A stretch of 64,000 nucleotides of DNA from Macrostomum hystrix (Eukaryota > Animalia > Platyhelminthes): the NCBI GenBank assembly GCA_950097015.1, contig CATNEN010000007.1, positions 7,192,001 to 7,256,000 of the forward strand. The letters run 5' to 3'. Made by a program: the position numbers and the translations under genes. Below are positions 46,834 to 59,056 of this stretch, one piece after another. Under the pieces are notes generated by a model. It worked only from the letters and a program-made list of their open reading frames with translations, was not told where the DNA came from and did not search any database. How positions within the stretch are numbered: position 1 is the first letter of the stretch; each line of letters begins with the position of its first letter.

Positions 46834-47646
46834 ATGGAAGCGATTGCTGAAAGACTAAATAATATTATTTCTCACTCTAAGGAGAGCATTCCTATTACAA
46901 TAGCTGGGCGAATTAATGACGCAAACGGGATATTTGTTGAAAAATTAGAGCAGGCGATTCGTCTGGATCCAGGTGCTAATTACCATGTATATCTTAACGA
47001 CTTCACTGGTTGGTCAAACGTTCCCAATGTGACAGCAGCAAATAATAAGTTTCATTACAAATGGAAAGGTGTAGCAGCAGCAGAAACTGTGGTATTCCCT
47101 GTGAGCACGCAAAGTGTGGATACCTACAATTACTTTCTAGAAAGTGTTTTTACTAAAAGAGGCCATTTTGAGACACCCAATGCGAGTAAGCCAGAGCAGA
47201 AACTGTTCCCTGTCAAACTATCCTATGATCTCACTGTAATGAGAGTGGTCATGCAAGTTCACAAAGATGCTGAGGTTGAATTTAAAGATGACACATGGTA
47301 TAGGGAATTGGGATTCGAGAAGAAAGTTTATAAGGGGACCCTGCTAAGCGGTCTGTTCTTAGCACCTAATATCGCAGACATTGTAAAGGGTTTGAATATT
47401 CTAATCAGAAGTAATCTCAGTCTTGATTGGGTATTTAAGGGAAAGCGAACGAATATTTTGTACAACATCTCAAACTCTGTTCCTGGAGGACAGATGCTGG
47501 TAGAGAAACCAAATCCAGTGAAAAGAGTTGTGCTAAGTAATAAGGAGATTCACGAGATTGTGCTGCAGTTTGAGACGGAAGATGGTGTTGGCGTTGATTT
47601 CAACGGTGAAGAGTTTGTATTGACGTTGATCATTGAGAGAATGTAA
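46834..47646 (+). CDS. Minor capsid protein (penton, single jelly-roll), 270 aa
   Basis: LEQAIRLD...WSNVPNVTAANNKFHY N-terminus and GVDFNGEEFVLTLII C-terminus typical of Polinton pentons. Confidence 0.82.
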   Translation: MEAIAERLNNIISHSKESIPITIAGRINDANGIFVEKLEQAIRLDPGANYHVYLNDFTGWSNVPNVTAANNKFHYKWKGVAAAETVVFPVSTQSVDTYNYFLESVFTKRGHFETPNASKPEQKLFPVKLSYDLTVMRVVMQVHKDAEVEFKDDTWYRELGFEKKVYKGTLLSGLFLAPNIADIVKGLNILIRSNLSLDWVFKGKRTNILYNISNSVPGGQMLVEKPNPVKRVVLSNKEIHEIVLQFETEDGVGVDFNGEEFVLTLIIERM

Positions 47647-47878
47647 GCTGCTTAATGATTTCTGCAAAGTTATAGTAGCTGTCATAGTCCTTTATAATTG
47701 CTCCATACTTATGAAACCAGTGACTCTTGACTGCTAGATTAATATTAGGGACATTGATATCGACGTTGGGACAATATTTCTTCATGTACTCGCTGCATTC
47801 TCGTTTGCATTGGTACTTACTCTTGTAATTAGGCTCATGCCTTTTGTAATAAGATCCTGGAGAGACGATTGGGAGCAT
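47630..47878 (-). CDS. Small unknown Polinton ORF, 82 aa
   Basis: ATG 47878 preceded by TATTAAAA like other element genes; begins ~20 bp inside the right TIR boundary. Confidence 0.55.
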   Translation of the reverse strand: MLPIVSPGSYYKRHEPNYKSKYQCKRECSEYMKKYCPNVDINVPNINLAVKSHWFHKYGAIIKDYDSYYNFAEIIKQLTFSQ

Positions 47879-47899
47879 TTTTAATAAGAATTTAATTTT

Positions 47900-48334
47900 T
47901 TTTCGGAGGATGAGCACCCAAGGTTTGGGGTCTTGAGTTTTGGGAATGGGATTTTAGTGCTAATTTGATTGTCTTGGCACGCTTTTTGCAGCTTCGCTAT
48001 TTTGAGCATGATCTCTTAGGGAGTGGCTGCGATAATTTGTTTTGTCCAAGTTCAGAAACTGGAAAGTATTTTTTTTTGGCGGGGGAACCTTGTTCCTTCA
48101 GGAAAGGTAATGGTTTGTGCATTAAGGAGGCTGCGATAATTTTTGTCCTAGATATTCAACTTACAAACTGATGTGGGATATTAAAAGTAGAGAATTTAGA
48201 ATATGGAGACGGAGTTTTTAGAGGGGCGAGGACCCTTTTTTTCCTGATCTCTTCGGGAATAATAAAAGTAATGGTTTGTGGATAATGGAGGCTGCGATTA
48301 TTTTTGTCCTAGAAGCCCCCTCTTGCATACTACT
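47900..48334 (-). repeat. Polinton right terminal inverted repeat (~435 bp)
   Basis: Reverse complement of 32902-33348. Confidence 0.95.
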
Positions 48335-49014
48335 AGAAGGTAACGTGCATTGCCACTATTTTTCACGCTTTCATATCATAAAATAAATATACAAGTAATA
48401 AGTTTTGGGGAAACTGAGAAAGCACGACAACCCACAGGCTTCTAGATATTAGGAATCAAATCTAGGATCTAGAATTCTATGGCACAACCATTCTATGGCG
48501 AATGTCCGCTGACTGCGGCTGCTAGCGTGCGGAATGTGTGAGGCTGGCACAGAAAAATACGGACTCTGGCTGAAGAAAGCCATGCGGCAGGTGTGGAATA
48601 AAAGGAGAGACAGGTGTGGGGTAGAGCATGCGCAGAGCTAGCTAACGACGACATATTTTCATTTGAAAAATCTGCAACAGAGTTACAAATTGATTAAGTG
48701 CAGGACGGAGCAAAGAAAAGCGGACATGTAAGTCGCAGAGCGTTTGAATATTTGAACTAGAAGAGAAAATACAGAAGCACAACAACAGACAGACTTATAG
48801 GCTTCTGTGAATGGGACAGCGGAGACAAATAGCATTTGCTTGAGTGAGGGAGCGACTTTAGCCTAATAAATTAGGACTTAAGCCTGTTTGCAAAAAGCAT
48901 CTTGTATCATACCCGATAGATGTGAAACACTGAGTTTTGGATTCCAAAGATATTAGTTGCTAGTTGTTACCATGCAAACAAGCACGACCAGCTGGAATCA
49001 GTGCAACTGAGGCT

Positions 49015-49560
49015 TCATTTCCTGGGCGGCAGTCGGCGCACCTCCTCGGCCAGCCAGTCGATCCCAGCCTGCAGTCCCTCGCCTGAGATGGCATTGCTGG
49101 GCACAATGTTCCATGACTTGTTGCTGAGGCACTCCTTCAGGCCCAGCATCTGTGTGCACTTCACAGGCGACAGGGCGTCCTTGTGGTCCATCTTGTTGGC
49201 ATAGAACAGGAAGGGGATGCCGCGCGTCCTGATGGCATCGTGGGCCAGCAGTTGCTCGAGCTCATCCTTGGCCACCACGAAGCGCAACTTGTCGGAGCTG
49301 TCAATCACAAAGATGATGGCGTCGCAGTCGCGGTAGTAGTGCTCCCACATGTTTCGATAGCGGCCTTGGCCAGACATGTCAAAGCAAGTCATGCGCAGAT
49401 TCTTCATCTCCAAGCGTTCAACGTTGAAGCCCACTGTTGGCACAATGTTCTGCATGGTGGCGTTCGCCGGCTTCAGCTTGTTTATGATGGTGGTCTTGCC
49501 GCTGTTGTCCAGTCCAACCACCAGTACGTTGGCCTCTCGCTTACCCAGTGCGCTGCCCAT
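49015..49560 (-). CDS. ARL6: ADP-ribosylation factor-like protein 6 (BBS3), 181 aa, intronless CDS
   Basis: [24 protein letters not shown]6-type [25 protein letters not shown]. Confidence 0.92.
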   Translation of the reverse strand: MGSALGKREANVLVVGLDNSGKTTIINKLKPANATMQNIVPTVGFNVERLEMKNLRMTCFDMSGQGRYRNMWEHYYRDCDAIIFVIDSSDKLRFVVAKDELEQLLAHDAIRTRGIPFLFYANKMDHKDALSPVKCTQMLGLKECLSNKSWNIVPSNAISGEGLQAGIDWLAEEVRRLPPRK

Positions 49561-51837
49561 CTCAGCGTCGAGTTGGCTGGAAAATTACAAATTATTCTGG
49601 GTTTAGAGTCAGAGGTCATACAACATAAAAATACGAGCCATATATCTAAAAAGCATTGATTGCGAATTCTATGGAAAATATTTTTAAATACGCTTGTTCT
49701 GGTAGTAGTAAACAAGTGAGTACGAAATTATCTGAAGTTCTTATCACATGGTTAAATACTAATTACCAGCGAGTTATATTTTATAAACAAATCTTTAATC
49801 TTCTAAGCCATGGCTTTTTAAACAAATATATATTTCAGAGTAAGAGTTCAACAACTTTAATCTGTAAAATAACTGCTTCTAAGTAGCAAGCTGACAACTG
49901 GCACAGACACCAAACAAACATTTTGGTATGAAAAAGAGACATTTTTTAAGAAGACTGAATAATGCAATAAGAAAACTATTAAAGACGACAATACGAAGAT
50001 TAGAGTAAGTCTATAGTCGTAGTTATGTAGAAATTTTCAATTATTACAATGACCTTAATTTTAAGTTCGCATATGAAAATTTCATTGCCAGGCTGTGATT
50101 AAGTTGTACAGAATAAAAAATTGCACTAGTTCTAGGACTAGAATAATTTTAAATGAATAGACACATCAATATATATTGTGGATATTGTGAATCCATATTA
50201 ACATGAGAGGCGTTAAAATAGTGTCCAGCTTTACATATTACCAAGTAATATATTGTCAGAATTCTAATATATATATATGACTCGGCTATTTATATATGGT
50301 TATTAAATGACTCGGGACATAAAAAATGTAAAAGTTAATTGTTAAAAAGTAAAAACTGAAACTGCTCTGTAACTGGTTTGAAAAGATAGCGCCGCGTGAT
50401 AATGCAACATTAACCCTAGTGGTGTATAAATACCATGCGAAGATAATCGACAACACAGAGGTAATAGGGATTCGATAGCAGACAAAGTTTATTACGGTTT
50501 AACTCAACATTCACAGCTCGAACTGTAAATGTTGCTGAAAGGCGTAAGTTAAAAGACAGGAATGCAAATGAACTGACAGAATAAAAGTAATATATATATA
50601 TATTTATCAGTACATAAAAACAGTAAGCTTAGATTATAAAAGTAAAAAAACTATTCTAAACCGAAATGATTAAATTTGTGATTATCCTTTGTTTAAATAT
50701 GTTATAAGAATTACAGTTATCGCGGTTTTCTAAGAAACATCGATACTAAAGCCTTGTGGAAGTTGTGGTGTAGAGGGCAGTCCAGAGGGAACGAGCAATC
50801 TTTGCGTGCAGTCTTTTGGCTAGTAAAGATGTATTAAAAAAAGCGATGAAATCAGTACTTGGTGTGGTATAATGGCAGGAACTTACAGCGATTATATTAG
50901 ATTAGATTTTTTCTAATTTAGAAGTGTAAAATTATAAATGAATAATTAATGTTTACATATATGAATGTGATAATTGACTTAAGGATTCAATTTTTATGAT
51001 TAAAAGAATCGTGATTCGTTTATTAATTATATTTGATTGATACATGTGTCTAATATGTATTTATAAAGCTATATTAATACATGTACTTAATCAATAAAAT
51101 AGTTTTGTCCTCGATTAAGGAATTTTCACTTTTCAGTATAATATTATTATGTAACTAGCTATTCATGTTATTCGACATTGCTTAGTAGCTAGTCAGTCAG
51201 CTTTATGTACTTATAAATGTTAATAATTGATTCTGCATATCATTGTTTATGCTTTATTTTGTTTATAGTTTATTTTGAAGAACCTTTAAAATCTATTTGT
51301 TGTAACTTATGTTTCTGTTTCTATTTATAGCCAATGTTGCCTTTACTATTTTGAGGGCAAACAAATGAAACTTGCATTAAAAAGTATGACTAGGTCATTT
51401 TTGTCATAATAAACACTTCCATTCTTTAACATTTTCTAGACTTTTGTTCTAAAATTGTAAGTTTGCTTTACAAAGCTAAATAGTAGCATTGAATAGCTTT
51501 GAATAGCTTCTTAAAAATATCTAAAGTTTAATTTATAGAAGCACACCACCTGTTTTGAAATTAGTTTTTACTTCAAAAATGACCACATGTCAAAGTTGCC
51601 ACACATAAAAATGGCCACAAAAACTGCAGTCTAAGAATTTAACTGTTTAGGCAATGAATGACAAGACATAGTAGTATGAAAAAGAGCCTATTTTTTATAT
51701 CTAGAAATTACTAGATGTGTCAAAAATATGTTAATGCTTATACACAATTTTAAACCTCACACTTGCAACCAGGCTTATTACACTAATTTAATCCTTAGCA
51801 GCATAAAGTATTCTAGCCAATTTATTTTAAACAATTT

Positions 51838-52140
51838 AGAGGTTGTAGCCTAGTGGTTAGGGCGTCGGACTCACGACTTGAAGGTCGGGGGTTCGATTCC
51901 CGACTCCACTGGAACAATTTGCGTCCTTTAGCAAGACACTTAACTCTGCATTGCTTCAGTTCACCCAGCTGTTAAATGGGTACCAGCATCAGCTGGGATA
52001 ATTGAAGGTGGGTGTGGCGTCCCCCCAGTCCATGGACTGAACAGCTGTACGCAGCCTTCAGATGCGCCACGCATTAGCTGCGGCTGTGCTGTCGGCTGCA
52101 CACCTGACCCAATTGGGGCAGGTGTAATCAATTAAATAAA
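51838..52140 (+). mobile_element. tRNA-derived SINE family A, full length, CORE-SINE-like central domain
   Basis: A box TAGCCTAGTGG, B box GGTTCGATTCC, CORE-like CCTTTAGCAAGACACTTAAC...CAGTTCACCCAGCTGTTAAATGGGTACC; 12-bp TSD TTTAAACAATTT at 51826-51837 and 52141-52152. Confidence 0.92.
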
Positions 52141-52809
52141 TTTAAACAATTTGCAAGTTTTTGGAAAAATAGCCAACTCCATGGATTTCTTTTGTTATAA
52201 TTCAGAGTAATTGTATTTTGCATAGCAATTATATTTTACTTGTGTGTAGCAATTATATCATCTGCCAATGTTTCTTATGAAATTTTGTTGTGTAGCCATT
52301 TTGACATATGCCATTGTAATTTTACTTATTTATTCTCAACTTAACTGCCTCTGCTTGTGCCAGTGCACCCTGCAGCTACGCTCGTAAATAAGTCAAGTTA
52401 AGTCAATTTAACTGCATAATAATTCATATTGACTTCATCATACTATCTAAATATGTAAAATAATGAATCAGGCCCTAACCTAGCTATATTGGACTAACAT
52501 ATATCACAATAGCAAGTGGTATTAGTAGATTATCTATTGGCTATTGTTTGGTTAATATAAAGATAATGAAAGTTCTAGATATATGCTTAACTGTTTAGCC
52601 TATAAACTATTTAAGGTCTTTTCTGTATGTGAGACCTTTGATAATATTCTATGACTCAAAAAATTGAGCAACAACAACTGTAACACATGGCTTTTTACCT
52701 AAAAACTCAATTCTAAATTTAGTTTTAGTTTATTTACTAGCAAGTTTTGGCCCCCTTCGGGGAGCAGAAATAAAAAAATTTGTCTGTATTTTCAGCTTTT
52801 TTAAAGATA

Positions 52810-53542
52810 CAATGATCCCCCAGTTGACAATGATCCCCAGTTGACAATGATTCCCAGAATGATCCCCCAGTTGACAATGATCCCCAGTTGACAATGATCC
52901 CCAGTTGACAATGATTCCCAGAATGATCCCCCAGTTGACAATGATCCCCTAGTTGATGATGATCCCCCAGTTGACAATGATCCCCCTGTTGACAATGATC
53001 CCCCAGTTGACAATGATCCCCCAGTTGACAATGATCCCCCAGTTGACAATGATCCCCAGTTGACAATGATCCCCAGTTGACAATGATTCCCAGAATGATC
53101 CCCCAGTTGACAATGATCCCCAGTTGACAATGATCCCCAGTTGACAATGATTCCCAGAATGATCCCCCAGTTGACAATGATCCCCTAGTTGATGATGATC
53201 CCCCAGTTGACAATGATCCCCCTGTTGACAATGATCCCCCAGTTGACAATGATCCCCCAGTTGACAATGATCCCCCAGTTGACAATGATCCCCAGTTGAC
53301 AATGATCCCCCAGTTGACAATGATCCCCAGTTGACCATGATCCCCCAGTTGACAATGATCCCCCAGTTGACAATGATCCCCCAGTTGACAATGTACCCCT
53401 AGTTAACAAATGATCCCCCAGTTGACAATGATCCCCCAGTTGAAAATGATCCCCCAGTTGATAATGATCCCCCAGTTGATGATGATCCCCCAGTTGACAA
53501 TGATCCCCCAGTTGACAATGATCCCCCAGTTGACAATGATCA
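52810..53542. repeat. 17/18-bp minisatellite (GTTGACAATGATCCCCCA)
   Basis: Direct periodicity. Confidence 0.95.
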
Positions 53543-53657
53543 TGAAAGCATGAAAATAATTTTTACAGAATTCAGTTTTCTGCTGATATCAATACACACA
53601 TGTATTAATGTTTCAACCTTCAAGCCCATAGTCACATTCGCCAACTATAATAGAACA

Positions 53658-56600
53658 ATGTCGGCCATCAAAAAATGGTTCGAAGATAAAAAGCGCGACA
53701 AGAAGTTCTCTCGCCTGGGCTCCGGCCAGCGCCTCTGCGACAGTGTACAGCGCGATGCGGCTGCGGCTGCCGCGGCTTCCTCGTCCTCAACGCCGCGCCT
53801 CGCGCCGTCCGCCTCGGCAGCCCGCGCAGGCGCCGCCGCTCTGGCCCGCTTTGAGCGAGCCGAGGCCGATAAGAAAGCCCCGCGCCCAATCGGCGGCCTG
53901 CGCGGCCTCCGCACCGAGGCCGAGGTCCGCCAGGAGCTGCAGCAGGAGCAGCAGCTGGTGATGGAGAGGTTCTCCGAGCCGGTGGAGGTTAACGCTGACG
54001 CGGCCCCAGTGCTGGCTGTGAAGGGCGTGTACTTTAAGTGCCCGCTGGTTAGTAGTTCTGTTGCGTCACTTACTGTATTTTACAAGAGTGTGTGCAAATG
54101 GTGCGCCGGTTCTCATACGAAGCCCGCCCACTCACACCCGCCCAGGTGAGTCCCGAGTCCCTCTCCTGGGAGGAGTGGAAGCCCAAGATCCGGCAGTTCC
54201 TAATCGAGCAGATGGGCCAGGACTCGGCCCTGTGCGCCGCCGTGGCCATCCGCACCCTGAACCCGCCAGACAAGGCCGACGAGTGCTTCCAGACCATCGC
54301 CAAGTACGTCGGCAACGTGCTGGCCAATCCCGCCGAGGAGAAGTACAGGCGAATTCGCCTCGGCAACGCCGTGTTCCAGCAGCGGGTCCATCCGGCCTGC
54401 GAGTCCGCGTTGGACTTCCTCCTGGCCTGCGGCTTCCAGCGCCAGACGGAGGCGGAGGAGTTCCTCGCCCTGCCGATGTCCGCTGATCTGGAAGCTCTGT
54501 CGGCGGCGCTCGAGTGCCTGCAGACCGCCGAGGGCATCGAGCCGCAGCTGGACCGCTGCACCTGCCTGCTGGAGATCGCACCGGGGAGCGCCACGTGAGT
54601 TGCTAAGCCCGTCCAACCGAGGGTTCCCGGAAAGCCCAGGTTTACAGCTGTCCTGCGGTCGAAAGTTATAAGTGCCCTATATGAACGGGATACGGGATCA
54701 GGTCTCTTTATTTCCTCTATTCTCTCTCATCTCTGGTAGCTAGGAAGGTAGACATGTAGGTAGACAGGAAAGTAGATGGGTAGCTAGAAAGGTAGGTAGC
54801 TAGAAAGGTATATTGGTATGTAGAGAGTTAGATAAGTAAATAAATATTTAGATAGTTAAATTCAAGTAGGCAGGTAGATGAATAGATAAATGGCTTGTTA
54901 GATAGATAGGTAAGTGTTTTTTAAGTTCATTCTCTATTCTCTATCTCCGTTTATTATGTTTTGTTTAACTCTTAGTTTCATTTCCTAACATGATTACTTA
55001 GAAGTAGCACCTGAATTGTGCTTTATATTCGTAAATACGGATGTGCAAATCATATTTCTTGTCACTAGAGTGCATTGTGTCGCTTAGGTCTAACTTATAG
55101 TTGCCTTCATATCAGCGCGCATTGCAAAGAATATTGCGCACTTGCTCTGTTCTCGCCCATTACTGAGCGTCGAGTTGCAGGCGAACAACAGGCGGGGGGA
55201 GAGACGGGGCGGGAGGTTTCCCAGCTTGTCCGTCTGCCCTGTTCCCGGCTTGGAGCCTTCAACCTCCCCCCAAATTGGCCCGAGTTTTCTGGCGCCCCCC
55301 AAATGCCACTCGGGAGTGACGGGTCGGGGCGCGATGCAGGATTAGCGCTAGTTAATCCCTCGCTTCTCTTCCCTTGCCTTCATCAGGTTTTCTCATGTCT
55401 CCCCCGTCTAAGGTCAGTTAGGAAGCAAAAACGGAGAGCATCGTCAAGACGAGGCTCTGACATGTCGGCTTGCCTCAGACCTGTTTCTCGCCTGGATAAA
55501 AATATCCCAACTCGCCCCCCCGAGTCGGGAGTAGGAGAATCCCCATCGCGTTATTAATATCGCAGCTAGTATATTACGACTATTGTTACTGTTGATGACT
55601 GCCTATATTTTTAGCCTGCCTATTATTATGGAATGTGTGCTCAACTGCTCCGTGTCTGCGGGCCCTTCTAATTTCTGGGCATCTTTTGTGCCGGCTCCGC
55701 CCCCTCCCCTACACTGCCCCATTGCTTTCCGTTATTGATCAGTCCCATTGGTCCGTGCCGCATGAATGCCTGCTGGCCGTGGCCGCCGAACTCTGCGTCG
55801 CTGATGCGAGAATACCCGCTAAAAGTGCAATTCAGTCTTTCAACCTGGTCCCGGTTGCTATGCTCAGAGAAGATTCGATAGCGAAGTTCTCCGGCCCTAC
55901 CTATGCTGCCTCTCCCTCCTTGACTAGACAGGGGAAGCCCGTGACAGGTTTTTGAGTCTGATCAAAGGGCTATTAGGCGGAATAATCGGAACACGTCGTT
56001 AATAATTGTAAGCAAATCCGCTTTCAAAAGCGAAGCCGCATTTCAAACTCGAATAAAAGAAGCCTTGGATCGTTTTCATCCTGTTTTGACAAGTGGCACC
56101 AAATTCGAAATTTTCTGATCTATAAAATGAAGGCTAGCAATTTAGTAATGTGTTATTAGAATTGCTACTCCTAAATAGTATTAAATCATTATTGCATTTA
56201 ATCTACTTACCTGCACAATCTACTTACCCTTCTACTATTCTTCCTACCTACCTAACTTCTTATCTACCACCTATCACAAGTACTTTATTTATCTATCTAT
56301 CAGCTTATTTACCCACTTACCTACTTACCTATTGGTCTACCTAGCTACTTATCTACCTGCTTTTCTAGCTACCTAACCGTCTAGCTACCCGTCTACTTTC
56401 CCGTCTGCTTACATGTCCACCTTTTAGCAACCTACCTGTCTAGCTACCTGTTTACATAACTGTCTACCTTTTAGCGACCTACCTGTCTAGCTACCTATCT
56501 GTCTAGCTACTTACATTTCTAGCTACCTACCTGTCTAGCTACGTACCTGTCTACTTATCTGTATAACTACTTAACTGTCTGTCTACCTATCTACCGACCT

Positions 56601-57227
56601 CTCTACCAGGATTGAGTTGTTAAACTCTACTACTTTTCTATCCCATTTTTACTTTATCACCTGCTCAACTGCCTATCAGCCTGCATATCTCATATACTTA
56701 CCTTAAATATCAACCGCTCTTGCAGCTCAACCGCCAACCGAGTCGCCCTGCCTGACGACTTCTACTCGCTGACCACCGAGGATCTCGAACTGGAGCAGCT
56801 GCGCCTGCGCCAGACCGTCGAGTCCGAGGAGCTGCTGCGCACCAGGAAGATGCGCGAGCGCGAACGTCAACGCGAGAACCGGCGCTACCGCTATGGCCTC
56901 GTCCGCGTCCGACTGCCCGGCGGCCGCCACATCCTGCAGGCCACCTTCGCCGCCAGCGAGCGCCCAGCGGATATCTACAACTGGCTGCGCGACGACTGTC
57001 TGGACGATGCCTCGGCCGCGTTTCGACTCGTGTCGCCGGACAAGCGCCGCCTAGACGAAGGCGATGAGCGCAGCCTGGCGGAGCTGGGCCTCTGCCCTGC
57101 CGCCGTACTCGCACTGGCTGTTGGCGTCGAGGAACCCGCCGTGAATTCCGCTGCCGCCGCCGCCGCCGCCGCCTCCCAGTGCCGAGTGCGACCAGACCTG
57201 GCCTCTCTAGTGCAGCCCTTGATTTAA
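53658..57227 (+). CDS. UBXN6: UBX domain-containing protein 6 (PUB + UBX p97 cofactor), ~446 aa, three exons
   Basis: Exons 53658-54047, 54146-54594, 56726-57227 join in frame (1341 nt). MSAIKKWF...GSGQRL, AGAAALAR (VIM-like), VKGVYFKCPL, PUB KYVGNVLANPAEEKYRRIR, LPDDFY, LRTRKMRE, UBX VRVRLP. Confidence 0.92.
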
Positions 57228-57936
57228 ATAGAGTTTTTATTTAACATTAGAGAGTCCACGCTGTTTTTTTCACTGTGGAGAGACCAGATTTCAAATACCC
57301 GCTGCCTGCTTCACGACAGCTCCCAAACCGAATGACCGATTTTCGTGAAAGTCCGCCCTAGGGGTTTAAAATTTACGCCCTTTACGATGAACTAACTTTC
57401 AAAGCCGTTCAATGCGTTTTTCGCGCGGAGTTTTTGTTTTAATTCGGATCCTGTTGTTTTTGTTTGATTTTAATCCTGTGTCTACCTTGTTTCTTTCCAG
57501 CTTGTTCTATTTTTAAGATATTTTGGGTGTAAAAACTTTGCTTAACTAACCTTGATAATTATATATTGTTGCTTTTCTGTTTTCTCACCCTTATTCACCC
57601 TTATTGATTATATACGTTGTAACACGCATTTTGCCTACTAAAAGTAGCTTGTGTTATTTTTCCAGGCCCTAGACATTAAATTAAAGATGCGATAGTAGCC
57701 CAGCATTATACACTAACTGTGAACCACCCGCAGCATAAGTAGAAATTCCGCGTGCTGCGTTACTGTGATCACTGTTTCTGCATGTGCAAATATAATTTTT
57801 GGTGTACTTCTTAAACTTTGATTTCTATTTAGCTGGCAATCAGTATACTAATCAGACTTTGCGTCATCTAGTTGCAGAAATTCACCCTGGTTCAACAGGA
57901 CATTTCTTTCAACTTTTACAAGACATCTCCTCCCAC

Positions 57937-58405
57937 TTCTAGTAGACACTGCCCTGTCGTCTAGTAGACACTGCCCTGTCTTCTAGTAGACACTGCTCTG
58001 TCTTCTAGTAGACACTGTCCTGTCTTCTAGTAGACACTGTCCTGTCTTCTAGTAGACACTGTCCTGTCTTCTAGTAGACACTGTCCTGTCTTCTAGTAGA
58101 CACTGTCCTGTCTTCTAGTAGACACTGTCCTGTCTTCTAGTAGACACTGTCCTGTCTTCTAGTAGCATTTCCCTGTCGTCTGGTAGACACTGCTCTGTCT
58201 TCTAGTAGAAATTTCCCTGTCTTCTAGTAGAAATTTCCCTGTCGTCTAGTAGAAATTTCCCTGTCTTCTAGTAGAAATTTCCCTGTCGTCTAGTAGAAAT
58301 TTCCCTGTCGTCTAGTAGAAATTTCCCTGTCGTCTAGTAGAATTTCCCTGTCGTCTAGTAGAATTTCCCTGTCTTCTAGTAGAAATTTCCCTGTCGTCTA
58401 GTAGA
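57937..58405. repeat. 22-bp minisatellite (TCTTCTAGTAGACACTGTCCTG shifting to ...AGAAATTTCCCTG)
   Basis: Direct periodicity, with two variant blocks. Confidence 0.94.
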
Positions 58406-59056
58406 CTTGACCGTGCATTATACGATTACTTTGTAAGAGCTTCACATAAATATATTCACGTAAGCTTGCCTTGTGTATTTGGTTTGTTGCAACTAAAGTA
58501 GAACAAAATGTGACCGAATAATCTCATTGCTGTCATTTCCTGCTGGGCAGAGCCATATTTAAAATTAATAATTTGTTTTTATTTTTATTTTCCTGTATCG
58601 CGTGGTCCAGTTCCTCAGCGAAAAAGTATCTTCCTTTCTTTTGCACTCGCGCCAGAGACATGCTTGCTTATTCAGTTCGATAGCTCTAAGATCTAATTGA
58701 CAGGTGTATTCTATTCACAGTTGTCTCCATGCCAATGAGAAAGTATTTTCCCACGCCACCTGGCTATTTATTTGCCTGACACAATTGGGACAAAGGAGAG
58801 TTTCATCAATGCCTTCTTTGTTTCTATGATAATAGGCATTTTTTATCGCCAGCTAATCCAGGCGGTTTGTTCTGGCAGAGGACATAACTAAATAGGTCTG
58901 TTGAACAAGTATACATTACCGCTGCGGGCCGTTCACCCGGATCTGCCGACTATTATTTATTTGTCTGCTTTTTTATCTTTTTCAAATCATGTAGGTCATT
59001 TGGGCCTTTATTTGCTTCTAGAGCGCCTATCTATTAGAAACAATTTTAACACTGAA

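Larger units (their letters stand above)
32902..48334. mobile_element. Complete Polinton/Maverick (adintovirus-like endogenous virus), 15,433 bp
   Basis: AGTAGT...ACTACT termini; TSD AGAAGG at 32896-32901 and 48335-48340; TIRs; integrase, pPolB, protease, ATPase and two capsid genes. Confidence 0.97.

Noticed and set aside
32902-48334. Contaminating virus contig or misassembly
   Set aside because: The matching 6-bp TSD on both flanks supports genuine integration.
51838-51912. tRNA-Val(CAC)-like gene (also at 3652 and 32107)
   Set aside because: Stems pair poorly, and it is followed by a shared ~230-bp body, AT tail and TSD: a SINE head, not a tRNA.
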